Assembly: GCA_041601615.1 (NCBI GenBank)
Contig: JBFIHX010000002.1
Location: forward strand, 256,001 to 320,000
Length of the DNA stretch: 64,000 bases
Direction: 5' to 3'
Source of the DNA: Thermoplasmatota archaeon
Lineage (GTDB): Archaea > Thermoplasmatota > E2 > JACPAO01 > JAHFTW01
This document shows positions 1 to 9,358 of the stretch, one piece after another (positions within the stretch are counted from its first letter, which is position 1; every line of letters starts with the position of its first letter). The notes under the pieces were generated by a model, which saw only the letters and a list, made by a program, of their open reading frames with translations, made no database searches and was not told where the DNA came from. The translations under genes were made by a program, and so were the position numbers.

Positions 1-358
1 CTGGCTCAGCCTCCCAGTGGATGTCGCGGCCGCTGGGGGTGCCGGGGGCGGGCTCCTGTTTTTTTGCCTCGGCTTTGGCTTGGCTGACGAGTCGCCGAAT
101 GTCGCGGGGCTTGATCTGCGCCCAGCCATCTCCGTCGCTTGGCAGGTCCTTGATTTCGGGTGCCGCTTCTTGCAGCATATCCGCAACGACTTGGCGGATG
201 TCCTTCTGGGCTTTGTCTGCAATATTTTGCCGCTCAGCCTCGTCCACGGCCTCTTTGGCGTAGAAAAAGCGTGTGCCCTTGCATTCGGGGCAGCCCTTCA
301 GGAGCGCGCTGCTGCCTTCCTCGAAGCTGAAGCCGCAAGAGAGGCACTGATGCGGCAT
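1..358 (-). CDS. oapC: Zn-ribbon origin-associated protein OapC (runs off window start; absent from ORF track)
   Basis: Manual translation from ATG at 358: MPHQCLSCGFSFEEGSSALLKGCPECKGTRFFY (CxxC...GCPxC), third gene after oapA/oapB. Confidence 0.85.
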   Translation of the reverse strand, partial: MPHQCLSCGFSFEEGSSALLKGCPECKGTRFFYAKEAVDEAERQNIADKAQKDIRQVVADMLQEAAPEIKDLPSDGDGWAQIKPRDIRRLVSQAKAEAKKQEPAPGTPSGRDIHWEAEP

Positions 359-520
359 CAGGCCTCACATCCGTTCGGCCTGCCGCCGCACAGGCACCGA
401 GGCGTACTCCGTCCGCCTCGCCGTTGGTGTGGCATCAGGCCTCACATCCGTTCGGCCTGCCGCCGCACAGGCACCGAGGCGTACTCCGTCCGCCTCGCCG
501 TTGGTGTGGCATCAGGCCTC
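354..520. repeat. 77-bp tandem repeat, 2 exact copies (354-430, 431-507) plus 13-bp partial (508-520), between oapB and oapC
   Basis: Direct comparison: ggcatcaggcctc recurs at 354, 431 and 508; the two full units are identical. Confidence 0.95.
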
Positions 521-525
521 GGTGC

Positions 526-969
526 TCACGCGTCCGCTCCCTTGCCGACGATCTTGGTGACGATCTTTTCGTTGTCCTTGCTCACCAGCCGCAAAAGGTT
601 GGCAGGGCCGATGACCGCCATGCGGGGGCGGGGGCCGCCCATGACGACGCGTTGCAGAACGTTGCGGCCGTGGTCCATGCCATAGGATTGCAATTCGATG
701 CCGATGAACGATTCTTGGTCGATCTCGCGCATCGTCTGCGTGATCAGTTCCGCTTCCTCTTGCGGCGTGAGTCCCCGCTCCAGGATCAAGATCTTGCCTT
801 GTTCAACCTCGTCGAGGATGAAGCGAATCTTGTCCATGGTCTCCATGGATTCGATCTTCTCGGCGCTGATCAAGTGAATGTCAGGGACTGCCGTGGCCAT
901 TGCGGTCGCAGCGGCGACGGTAGCGGCAGTGGCGGTGGCTTGCGAGCTCCGGTTCTTGTTTTTGCCCAT
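526..969 (-). CDS. oapB: DUF2073-family origin-associated protein OapB
   Basis: KIRFILDEV..GKILILERGLTPQEEAELI..TM.EID...FIGIE..VIGPAN motif; position between GTPase and Zn-ribbon gene. Confidence 0.85.
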   Translation of the reverse strand: MGKNKNRSSQATATAATVAAATAMATAVPDIHLISAEKIESMETMDKIRFILDEVEQGKILILERGLTPQEEAELITQTMREIDQESFIGIELQSYGMDHGRNVLQRVVMGGPRPRMAVIGPANLLRLVSKDNEKIVTKIVGKGADA

Positions 970-973
970 GAGA

Positions 974-1615
974 TCACCGGAAGTGCTTCGCCATCACTTC
1001 GTAGAGGGCGTCCATGTTCGTGCCCTCGCCGGCACTCAACGGCACCACAGGGTGCTGCGGGAACGCCGACTTGAGGGTCGCGGGGCTGGCTTCAGGAAGG
1101 TCGATTTTGTTGGCGACGATGACCACCGGCAGGCGGCGGGCTTCCAGGTTGCCTAGGATTGTGACGTTGACTTGGGTAAACGGATCTTCTGCGGAGTCCA
1201 TCACAAGCAACACGCCGTCCACTTCGTCAAGCCAGCGAATGGCTTCGATGACACCCTCGGTTGCTTCCTTGGCGCGGCGGCGGGCTTCTGCCTCTTCCAT
1301 GCCGTGGCTTTCTACGAATTCGTGGAAGTCGATCTGGGTGGCGACACCGGGTGTGTCGATGATGTCGATGTGGAGCTTCGCGTTGCCGCTGCGCAGGTCA
1401 ATGTCCTGCTTTTTGCGCACGCGGCGCGTCTCGTGGGCGATCGGGCTTGCGCTCCCGACGGTCTCGCCCGTGAAGTCACGGCTGATGCGGTTTGCGAGCG
1501 TTGTCTTGCCGGCGTTGGGGGGCCCGTAGATGCCAATACGAGCGTGCTTTTTCCCAAACGCCTTGCCAAGCCAACGGCCGAGGCTCCACTGTTGGACCAG
1601 TTGCGTCAGACCCAT
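974..1615 (-). CDS. oapA: Era-like GTP-binding protein OapA
   Basis: GPPNAGKTT (G1), DTPG (G3), NKID (G4), LSA (G5); DPFTQVN motif; start taken at MGLTQ. Confidence 0.9.
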   Translation of the reverse strand: MGLTQLVQQWSLGRWLGKAFGKKHARIGIYGPPNAGKTTLANRISRDFTGETVGSASPIAHETRRVRKKQDIDLRSGNAKLHIDIIDTPGVATQIDFHEFVESHGMEEAEARRRAKEATEGVIEAIRWLDEVDGVLLVMDSAEDPFTQVNVTILGNLEARRLPVVIVANKIDLPEASPATLKSAFPQHPVVPLSAGEGTNMDALYEVMAKHFR

Positions 1616-1990
1616 GGCAGAGCCTCCGCTTCGCTGCATCCCATCCGATTCCAAGAAGCCGGCCTGGGTTGATGAAACCTTGCGTACTGTCGGGCCGCTT
1701 CTGGTGCCATGGTGGTGCGTGGGCGTGGCCGGTGTCTAGCTGCGTGCGGGTTGAAATGGCTGTTTGTAACCAAAACTGACTTGTTGCAGAACCAAATGGT
1801 TGCGTGGTCGCCCGTGGGGGGAACCTACTGACGGCCCGCCGCCCAGGCGCTGTATCTCCTGCGGTCGTACCTGCAACCTGGTGTTTGGGCGGCGTTATCT
1901 GAATGTGATGGGGGCTCCGGTGGGCCCGAGGGGGGTGGTTGATTAGTCGGCGGCCACATTCCTTCGATGAGGCGCGGGGACTTTGCGTGG

Positions 1991-3001
1991 TTAGGAGCTC
2001 ACGGCGGCTTTCTGGAAGTGCTGGTTCATGGCGATCTCCGCGATGTCCACGGCGTACCCGCGCACTCGGTCTACGGAGTCGGCAATCAGGGTCAATGGGC
2101 CGACGACTTCGGGTTCCATGGATTGTACGAGGCTGCTAAATTCGCCGCGCCAGGCGCCTGCGGTTTTGCCGTCGTCGGTCGCTTTGCTGCCCTGTTCAAA
2201 GGCATCGCGTTTGAGGGCGTTGAAGGCGGCGTCCCAGATGCCCCGCACCACTTGGGCTTGGCTGAGAATGCTGGTGGCAACTTCGTCGGATACGGAGTCA
2301 AGCAGGAGGATGTTCTTGCAGATTTTGCTTGCGTGGTCGCCCATCCGTTCGAGGGCGCGGGCGGCTAGGAACAAGTTGAGGGCCTCGGCGGGCCGAATGT
2401 CGAGCCGGGCGGCGAGGCGGGGTTGCTCTAGCAGTGCGTGCATTTGTTTGCTGACGTGCCATTCGAGGCGGTCAAGTTCGTCGTCGCGGCTGATGACGTC
2501 GGTTGCGATGTCGATGGTGCCGTGTTCGAAGGATTGCATGGCGTCGTCGAACATGATCATCGCGATGCGGTGCATGCGGGTGACGGTTTTGCGAAGGTCC
2601 ATTTCGCTGACTCCTACGAGGTCTTGCAGGGTCAGGGAGTCGCCGGTTTCTTCGAGCACTTCTACGCCGACGAGGTCGCGGATGGTGGTTCGGACCGTGT
2701 TGCGAACCAAGGGTTCCAGTCGATGGCGGCTGCGCAGGTGGATTTCGTCGGCGCCTGCCAGGTATGCTCCTACGAGTCTTCGCACCAGGTCGCCTTCTTG
2801 CACGTCGTCGGGGAGGTCGATGACGATGCGGCGTTTGCGGGGTCGAGCTTCGCTGTGCGGGACAATCAGTAGGCTGCCGTCGGCTTCTTCGTGGATGGCG
2901 AGCGCCTCGCTGCGCTGGAGGCCGTTGCGATCAACCCATTTTTTGGGCAGGCTGATGACGTGGGTGCTGCCTCCGGTGATCTGGATTTTTCGCAATTCCA
3001 T
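1991..3001 (-). CDS. Phosphate uptake regulator, N-terminal AbrB/SpoVT domain plus two PhoU domains
   Basis: MELRKIQITGGSTHVISLPKKWV (AbrB-type), DDELDRL and LERMGDHA PhoU motifs; start reassigned to ATG 3001. Confidence 0.9.
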   Translation of the reverse strand: MELRKIQITGGSTHVISLPKKWVDRNGLQRSEALAIHEEADGSLLIVPHSEARPRKRRIVIDLPDDVQEGDLVRRLVGAYLAGADEIHLRSRHRLEPLVRNTVRTTIRDLVGVEVLEETGDSLTLQDLVGVSEMDLRKTVTRMHRIAMIMFDDAMQSFEHGTIDIATDVISRDDELDRLEWHVSKQMHALLEQPRLAARLDIRPAEALNLFLAARALERMGDHASKICKNILLLDSVSDEVATSILSQAQVVRGIWDAAFNALKRDAFEQGSKATDDGKTAGAWRGEFSSLVQSMEPEVVGPLTLIADSVDRVRGYAVDIAEIAMNQHFQKAAVSS

Positions 3002-3038
3002 GGTTGCCTCTACGCAATCCCATGGAAGGGTTGTTTCA

Positions 3039-3053
3039 ATATAGACTATAGAG
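3039..3053 (-). promoter_or_regulatory. Candidate phosphate-regulon operator upstream of AbrB-PhoU gene
   Basis: Minus strand ctCTATAGtCTATAT about 37 nt upstream of ATG; related motifs upstream of pstS, pstC and pit. Confidence 0.55.
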
Positions 3054-3099
3054 AAAGGGGTGGAGTCAAGCGCCACGAGCGGCGACGGGCGCGCCAGGT

Positions 3100-3441
3100 T
3101 CAACCATAACCGTGGAAGCTGGTGTCCAGACTCAATCCTAGTCCCGACGAATAGGCCACTTGCTCCAAGCGGCCCGCGAGGCGGTCCACTTGCTCCAAGA
3201 GCCGGTGCAATTCTCGGTCTGCCAAGCGGTAATGGCGGTGGCGACCGACACTTCGCACCCGAACCAGGCCCTGGTCGCGTAGCACCCGCAAATGGTGGCT
3301 CAAATTCGTTTGCTCTCGGCCCGTGGCAGCCACAAGGGCACCTACACTCTGTTCGCCGTCCCGAAGCGTCGTCAAGACCGCGTGTTTGGTCGGCTCCGAG
3401 ATGAGGCGCAAAAGGGCCGCAGCGTCCACATGAAGGAACAT
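3100..3441 (-). CDS. ArsR/SmtB-family HTH transcriptional regulator
   Basis: SVGALVAATGREQTNLSHHLRVLRDQGLV..R..GR...YRL winged-helix pattern. Confidence 0.85.
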   Translation of the reverse strand: MFLHVDAAALLRLISEPTKHAVLTTLRDGEQSVGALVAATGREQTNLSHHLRVLRDQGLVRVRSVGRHRHYRLADRELHRLLEQVDRLAGRLEQVAYSSGLGLSLDTSFHGYG

Positions 3442-3528
3442 TCATGCTTGAGTTTGAAGGTTGGGTTGCCAGAACATACCGGCTCCGTGTCAGAAAACGA
3501 CCATCAAGTCCCCCGCCGTCGCCGCACC

Positions 3529-4128
3529 GTGTCCGACCCCTTCCACGAGCCCAAGGTGGGCATCCACAAGGTCTACACACGCGGCGGCGACAAGGGCGAA
3601 ACCAGCCTCGTCGGAGGCCAACGCGTGCCCAAAGACGACGGCCGCATCGACGCGTACGGCACCGTGGACGAACTCAACGCCATCGTCGGACTCGTATGCG
3701 TGGAATTGGACACGGCCGGCGTCATGCCCGAAGTCCAAGCATCGCTCCTGCGCGTACAGCACGCACTTTTCAACCTCGGCGGCGCCCTCGCAACCCAACT
3801 AGACGACAGGCGCCCCGACGCGCCCGCCATTCGCCCCGAAGACGTGGCCCGCCTGGAAACAGAAATGGACGAGGCCAACGAATCGCTACCGGCACTGACC
3901 TCCTTTGTGCTTCCCGGCGGCAGCCGCCTCAATGCCCTACTGCATCTGGCCCGCACGGTCTGCCGCCGCGCCGAACGCGCCGCGGTGTCCCTGCTTCGCG
4001 CCGGCGGATGCACCGAATTGGACGTCCAATACCTCAACAGGCTCTCGGACGCCTTCTTCGTTTGGTCTAGACAATCGGCGCACGCGCTCGGGCACGACGA
4101 AGTGCTCTGGGCGCCAAACAAAGCCTGA
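3529..4128 (+). CDS. PduO-type cob(I)alamin adenosyltransferase
   Basis: KVYTRGGDKGETSL, YGTVDELN, FVLPGG, ARTVCRRAER, YLNRLSD motifs; GTG start inferred. Confidence 0.92.
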   Translation: MSDPFHEPKVGIHKVYTRGGDKGETSLVGGQRVPKDDGRIDAYGTVDELNAIVGLVCVELDTAGVMPEVQASLLRVQHALFNLGGALATQLDDRRPDAPAIRPEDVARLETEMDEANESLPALTSFVLPGGSRLNALLHLARTVCRRAERAAVSLLRAGGCTELDVQYLNRLSDAFFVWSRQSAHALGHDEVLWAPNKA

Positions 4129-4373
4129 AACCCGATTGGCCCAGACCCGTCGTTTCACTGTTCCCTCCTGGCGCTTCTTCCATGTGCCGGCCAAACTGAC
4201 GAGCTTCTCATGAGAAGTATGGAACACCGTGCGCGACCCCCAAGGCTCCCACGCCGTGCAGCACGCATGAACGGACTTAGCCCGTTTGCCCAAGACTGGA
4301 ACGATCGCCGCCGCCGACGCGCCGGACGCGCACGCCGCGCCCTGAGCGCCCGCAACCGCCCGAGGCTACTGGC

Positions 4374-4565
4374 ATGGATCTAGACCGCCAACGCCTCCTG
4401 CGGCACCTCCAAACTGGACGCCCCGTACGCATCGAACGACTCGTGCCCCTGGCATCCGACCCTGTCGCACTCGTGGGACTGGCCCAAGATCTTCGCTCAC
4501 TCCAAGAGGAAGGACTCATCCGCGCAACACCCTACGGCTGGCTCTGGTCCGGGCCCTCTCAATAG
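4374..4565 (+). CDS. Small hypothetical protein, possibly winged-helix
   Basis: 63 aa; LRSLQEEGLI...YGW resembles a wHTH wing. Confidence 0.4.
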   Translation: MDLDRQRLLRHLQTGRPVRIERLVPLASDPVALVGLAQDLRSLQEEGLIRATPYGWLWSGPSQ

Positions 4566-4572
4566 ACTCTAG
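4558..4572 (+). promoter_or_regulatory. Candidate phosphate-regulon operator upstream of pstS
   Basis: ctCAATAGaCTCTAG; overlaps the stop codon of the preceding small ORF. Confidence 0.45.
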
Positions 4573-4627
4573 CAAAACCGAGGGCCAACCCTATGCCCTC
4601 GCCCGGGGCCTGTACAAGTGAGCCCCC

Positions 4628-5506
4628 ATGAACAAGCTCCTACTCCTAGCCATGACCGCTCTCGCTGGCGTCGCCCTCTCCGGCTGCACCGGCACCGAAA
4701 CGCTCTCCCAAGCCGGCAGCAGCACCGTCCTCCCCCTGGCCGAAGTTTGGGCCGAAGAATGGGGCACCGCCAACCGCGTCCAAATCAACGTAGCCGGCGG
4801 CGGCAGTGGCGCCGGAGCCAGCGGCCTCTGCGCTGGCGAACTAGACCTTGGCGACATGAGCCGCGCCATGAAAGACTCCGAAAAAGAGACCTGTCTGGCC
4901 AACGGCATCACGCCCGTCCAATGGAAAATCGCCTTCGACGGCATCAGCGTTGTTACCAGCAACAAGAACACCTTCCTAGCCGGGCTGAGCGTGGACCAAC
5001 TCGCCTCCATTTTCCAAGGCGACGCACGCAACTGGAACGAAGTCGACGCAAGCTTCCCCGACAAGCCCATCCACCTCTGCTACCCCGACAGCGACTCAGG
5101 CACCTACGAATACTTCAACGAGGAAATCCTTGGCAAAGGCGTCTCGCCGCGCACCGGCAACGGCGTCCAGCAAAGCCCCGACGACAACATCCTCGTCACG
5201 TGCCTCGACTCCGACGCCAACGCCATCGGCTACTTCGGCTACGCCTACTACCTCGAAAACAAAGGCAGCCTCAACCTCCTGTCCGTGGACGGCATCAAGC
5301 CCACCACCACAACCATCGCAGACGGCACCTACACGCCGCTTGGTCGCCCGATCTACATCTACACCAATGGCGTCCCCAAAGTAGGCACCCCCGTGTACGG
5401 GTACCTCGAATACGTCTTCGCAGAAGGCCAAAACCTCGTCGCCTCCGTCGGCTACGTGCCCCTCGACGCAGGCACACTCGGAGCCATGAAAGCGCAGCTG
5501 GGCTAG
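4628..5506 (+). CDS. pstS: Phosphate ABC transporter substrate-binding lipoprotein
   Basis: Lipobox LSGC; GSSTVLPL, GGGSGAG, SGTYEYF motifs. Confidence 0.93.
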   Translation: MNKLLLLAMTALAGVALSGCTGTETLSQAGSSTVLPLAEVWAEEWGTANRVQINVAGGGSGAGASGLCAGELDLGDMSRAMKDSEKETCLANGITPVQWKIAFDGISVVTSNKNTFLAGLSVDQLASIFQGDARNWNEVDASFPDKPIHLCYPDSDSGTYEYFNEEILGKGVSPRTGNGVQQSPDDNILVTCLDSDANAIGYFGYAYYLENKGSLNLLSVDGIKPTTTTIADGTYTPLGRPIYIYTNGVPKVGTPVYGYLEYVFAEGQNLVASVGYVPLDAGTLGAMKAQLG

Positions 5507-5602
5507 CCCACGCAACCCTGCCTCTTCCGCCTCTTCCAACCCTCCTTCCAGCCGTCTCACCCCCGCCTCCTTCCCACCCCTCCGCCCACTTCCCCCAATC
5601 TT

Positions 5603-5617
5603 CTCAATAGTCTCCGT
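5603..5617 (+). promoter_or_regulatory. Candidate phosphate-regulon operator upstream of pstC
   Basis: ctCAATAGtCTCcgt about 38 nt upstream of GTG. Confidence 0.4.
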
Positions 5618-5655
5618 ACCCAAGTGCCAAACCACCGCCAAAGTGGGAGGACCAC

Positions 5656-6660
5656 GTGACTTTGACCGCCGACAACCACCCCGCCGCCGCCCGCACCAAA
5701 GGCGAATGGCAGGTCAGCCGGCGCGCCCGCATCAGCGACCGCACAGCACGAGCCCTCTTCCTCGCCGCCGGCCTCAGCGTCTTCTTGGTCCTCGGCTTCA
5801 TCCTCTACGTCCTCATCGGCAACAGCGCCTCCTTCTTTTCCGACATCTCCATCTTCGAATTCTTCGGAAGCACCCAATGGGAAACCGCCGGCACCGTCCA
5901 AATCAGCGAAGGCGGCAGCTCCGGCCACTTCGGGGTCTGGCCCCTCATCGCCGGCACCATGCTCGTCACCGTCGGCGCCGCCATCATCGGCGTCCCCGTA
6001 GGCCTAGCCACCGCGATCTACCTCGCCGAATACGCCCATCCCCGCGTGCGCGCCATCATCAAGCCCGTCCTTGAACTCCTAGCCGGCGTCCCTAGCATCG
6101 TCTTCGGCTTCTTCGCACTCTACGTCATCAGCCCCATCGTCCAACAACTCACCCAAGAAGGCAGAGTGCTCTACTACGTCTTCGGAAAGCAATCCGCCGG
6201 CATCTTCAGCGCCCTCAACGCCATCATCGTCGTCGGCATCATGGTGCTCCCCATCATCACCAGCCTCAGCGAAGACGCCCTCCGCGCCGTACCCAAACAC
6301 CTGCGCGAAGCCAGCATCGGCCTGGGAGCTACGCGCTGGGAAACCACCCGCCACATCACCGTCCCCGCCGCCCTCAGCGGCATCGTCGCCAGCTTCGTAC
6401 TGGGCATCGCCCGCGCCATCGGCGAATCCATGGCCGTCGCCATGGCAGCCGGAACCCAAGCCAACTGGACCTTCAACCCCATTCAAAGCATCCAGACCAT
6501 GACCGGCTTCATCGTCCAACGAACCGGCGGCGACACACCCCAACAAGGCCCCGTCTACACCAGCCTGTTTGCCGTCGGCCTCACCCTGTTTGCCATGACC
6601 CTCGCCCTCAACATCCTCGCCCGACGGTTCGTGCGCCGCTACCGGGAGGCCGAAGCATGA
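5656..6660 (+). CDS. pstC: Phosphate ABC transporter permease
   Basis: ELLAGVPSIVFG, SEDALRAVP..LREAS..LGATRWET, ARAIGESMAV. Confidence 0.93.
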   Translation: MTLTADNHPAAARTKGEWQVSRRARISDRTARALFLAAGLSVFLVLGFILYVLIGNSASFFSDISIFEFFGSTQWETAGTVQISEGGSSGHFGVWPLIAGTMLVTVGAAIIGVPVGLATAIYLAEYAHPRVRAIIKPVLELLAGVPSIVFGFFALYVISPIVQQLTQEGRVLYYVFGKQSAGIFSALNAIIVVGIMVLPIITSLSEDALRAVPKHLREASIGLGATRWETTRHITVPAALSGIVASFVLGIARAIGESMAVAMAAGTQANWTFNPIQSIQTMTGFIVQRTGGDTPQQGPVYTSLFAVGLTLFAMTLALNILARRFVRRYREAEA

Positions 6661-7571
6661 CCCACGAAGCCAGCATGTTCGCCTCCGACCCGCACCTCGA
6701 AAAACGCAAACGCACCGAACGCCGCTGGCGCCGAGCCCTCCTAACCGCCGCCTTCCTCAGCCTCGGCAGCCTCGCCCTCCTCATCCTCCGCATGCTGCTC
6801 GACGGCGTGCCCCACATGAACCTCGACTTCTGGACCCAAAGCTACAGCCCCAGCGGCATTCGCAACCGCACCGCCGGCATCCTCGACGCACTCATCAGCA
6901 GCCTCCTGGTACTCGCCATGACCATGCTCATCGCCGTCCCCATCGGCACCGCCGCCGGCATCTACCTACACGAATACGCCGCCCGCAACCGCCGCACCGA
7001 ATGGATCCGCGCCACCGTCAGCAACCTCGCAGGCGTCCCCAGCGTCGTCTACGGACTACTAGGCCTCGCCATCTTCGTGCGCCTCTTTTCCGACGTATTC
7101 GGCCTCCCACGCCAAGGCACCTACCTCGCCGCAGCCCTCACACTCGCCGTCCTCATCCTCCCCATCCTCATCGTCGCCACCGAAGAAGCCCTCAAAACCG
7201 TCCCCGCCACCGTACGCCACGCCAGCCTCGCACTGGGAGCAACCAAGTGGCAAACCATCCGAGCCCACGTCCTCCCCTACGCACTGCCCGGCATCCTCAC
7301 CGGCCAAATCCTCGCCCTAAGCCGTGCCGCAGGCGAAACCGCACCACTTCTCATCATCGGCCTGCCCACCTACCAAGTATTCCAGAGCTACAACCCCATC
7401 GGCACCGGAACCCCCCTGCAAGTACGCGCCTACTACCTCGCAAGCGACGCCCGGCAACCCGCCATCGACCTCGCCGCCAGCGCCATCGTCGTCCTGCTGC
7501 TTGCCACCCTCACCCTCAACCTCATCGCCATCCTCCTTCGCGCCCGCCTCCAACAACGCATCCGCTGGTGA
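6657..7571 (+). CDS. pstA: Phosphate ABC transporter permease
   Basis: NLAGVPSVVYGL, ASLALGATKWQTI, SRAAGETAP; ATGA overlap with pstC. Confidence 0.93.
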   Translation: MTHEASMFASDPHLEKRKRTERRWRRALLTAAFLSLGSLALLILRMLLDGVPHMNLDFWTQSYSPSGIRNRTAGILDALISSLLVLAMTMLIAVPIGTAAGIYLHEYAARNRRTEWIRATVSNLAGVPSVVYGLLGLAIFVRLFSDVFGLPRQGTYLAAALTLAVLILPILIVATEEALKTVPATVRHASLALGATKWQTIRAHVLPYALPGILTGQILALSRAAGETAPLLIIGLPTYQVFQSYNPIGTGTPLQVRAYYLASDARQPAIDLAASAIVVLLLATLTLNLIAILLRARLQQRIRW

Positions 7572-7574
7572 ACC

Positions 7575-8543
7575 ATGCCCTACCCCGCCACAACCCTCAA
7601 CGCCGCCACCGCCGCCGCCACTGCCACCCCTGGCCCCGCAGCACCAAGCCCGCCCCCGGCCGCCCCCGGCGCCACGGACGGTCCAGCAGCCTCGGCTCAT
7701 CCCTCCGACTCCGCTCCCGTCCCGGCAACCCGCCGCCCCCGCACCGCCACCATACAATCCACCAAACCCGCCGCGCAGCGCCCCGAGGACATCGCCATCC
7801 ACATCCAAAGCCTCGACTTCTACTACGACCACGACACGCAAGCCCTCTGGGACATCACCCTCGACTGCCCCCGCAACCAAATCACCGCCCTCATCGGCCC
7901 CAGCGGCTGCGGAAAATCCACGCTCCTGCGCTGCCTGAACCGCATGAACGAACTCATCGAAGGCACCCGCCAAACCGGCAGCATCCACCTCGAAGGCACC
8001 GACCTCAACGGCCCCGACGTGGACCCCGTCGCCCTGCGCCGCCACGTCGGCATGGTGTTCCAGAAACCCAATCCATTCCCCAAAAGCATCCGAGAAAACG
8101 TCGCCTACGGCCTGCGACTGCACAAAAAACTCAGCAAAACAGACCTCGACGCCCGCGTCCAATGGGCCCTCGAAAAAGCACACCTCTGGGACGAAGTCAA
8201 AGACCGCCTCGACGCCCCCGCCACCGGTCTCAGTGGCGGCCAACAACAACGCCTCTGCATCGCCCGCGCACTCGCCGTGCAGCCCCGCGTCTTGCTCATG
8301 GATGAACCATGCAGTGCGCTGGACCCCGTGGCGACCCAGAAAATTGAGGACCTGATGTTGACGCTCAAAAAGGACGTGACCATTGTCATCGTCACCCACT
8401 CCATGAGCCAAGCCGCCCGCGTCAGCGACCGCACCGCCTTTCTGTACAAGGGCAAACTCATCGAAGACGGCCCCACGCGACAGATCTTCGAAGCGCCCCG
8501 TGAAAAATTGACGGAGCAGTATATCACGGGGAGGTTCGGTTAG
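7575..8543 (+). CDS. pstB: Phosphate ABC transporter ATPase with Pro/Ala-rich N-terminal extension
   Basis: [40 protein letters not shown] end. Confidence 0.95.
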   Translation: MPYPATTLNAATAAATATPGPAAPSPPPAAPGATDGPAASAHPSDSAPVPATRRPRTATIQSTKPAAQRPEDIAIHIQSLDFYYDHDTQALWDITLDCPRNQITALIGPSGCGKSTLLRCLNRMNELIEGTRQTGSIHLEGTDLNGPDVDPVALRRHVGMVFQKPNPFPKSIRENVAYGLRLHKKLSKTDLDARVQWALEKAHLWDEVKDRLDAPATGLSGGQQQRLCIARALAVQPRVLLMDEPCSALDPVATQKIEDLMLTLKKDVTIVIVTHSMSQAARVSDRTAFLYKGKLIEDGPTRQIFEAPREKLTEQYITGRFG

Positions 8544-8638
8544 ATGGCGCGAGCAACGCGAGCGGCATCCGAACCTCGCGGTCTGCTGCGGGCCACTCGT
8601 GGCCAGCACGGTAGGGGGAGGTTTGCCTGATGGCCCGC
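8528..8638 (+). repeat. Junction-duplicating intergenic insert (87-bp period) carrying a 28-aa mini-ORF at 8544-8630
   Basis: GGGGAGGTT..ATGGC.CG at 8528 and 8615; mini-ORF starts right after the pstB TAG and its TGA overlaps the phoU ATG. Confidence 0.6.
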
Positions 8639-9286
8639 GAGGGATTCCAAGGACAAGTGCGGTCCATCGAAGACAAAGTATCCGCCATGGCCGACCTTGC
8701 TCGTGCGATGCTTCGCGACGGCCTGCAAAGCCTAGTTCTGCTCGACCGTGAGGCAGCAGCACTCGTTGCTGCCCGCACCCAGGAGCTTGCGCAACTGGAC
8801 GAAACCATCGAGACCGAGGTGTTGCGGTTCTTGGCCTTGCAAGCGCCCGTGGCCCGCGATCTTCGACGCATGGGTGCCGCGCTCAAACTCATCACCTACC
8901 TGAACCGCGTCGGTCGCTACGGCTACGACATCGCCCGCACCGCCGAAAAGTGGCCCGCAGACATGGCGCACGTCGTTCACCCGGTCAACCTGCGCGAAAT
9001 GGCCGAGAAAGTCGAAAAAATGCTCGACCTGGCGATGACAGCCTACCGAGCCGGCGCTGCGCCTGAAGTCGTGCAGCTCATGGCACTTGAAGACGACGTG
9101 GACGCATTGCGCTACTCAGTTTGGCGCGAATGCTTGACCTACATGGCCCAAGACTCGCGCAACATTGAGGCATCAGCGCACTACATGATGGTGGCTCGGT
9201 ACCTGGAGCGCTGCGGTGACAACGTCTGCAAGATGGCCGAAAAGCTGCATTATGCGGCCACAGGAGAGCGGCTGCTGTTGCCCTAA
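8630..9286 (+). CDS. phoU: Phosphate transport regulator PhoU
   Basis: LALQAPVARDLR, EDDVDAL, ARYLERCGD motifs, downstream of pstB. Confidence 0.92.
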   Translation: MAREGFQGQVRSIEDKVSAMADLARAMLRDGLQSLVLLDREAAALVAARTQELAQLDETIETEVLRFLALQAPVARDLRRMGAALKLITYLNRVGRYGYDIARTAEKWPADMAHVVHPVNLREMAEKVEKMLDLAMTAYRAGAAPEVVQLMALEDDVDALRYSVWRECLTYMAQDSRNIEASAHYMMVARYLERCGDNVCKMAEKLHYAATGERLLLP

Positions 9287-9302
9287 CATGGACCCCTATA
9301 TT

Positions 9303-9317
9303 CTCTATAGACTATAG
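9303..9317 (+). promoter_or_regulatory. Candidate phosphate-regulon operator upstream of pit
   Basis: ctCTATAGaCTATAG about 41 nt upstream of ATG, with an extra CTATAT just upstream. Confidence 0.55.
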
Positions 9318-9358
9318 AGGTTGCAGTCGAATACCACTCCCGAGTCGAAGCGGACTGC

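Noticed and set aside
354-520. CRISPR mini-array
   Set aside because: The recurring word is only 13 bp, the intervening sequences are identical, and no cas genes are present; it is a tandem repeat.
17-685. Plus-strand 222-aa ORF
   Set aside because: Antisense shadow of oapC/oapB and the repeat.
1655-1990. Replication origin next to oapABC
   Set aside because: No cdc6/orc1 gene, no convincing ORB repeats and no AT-rich unwinding element seen.
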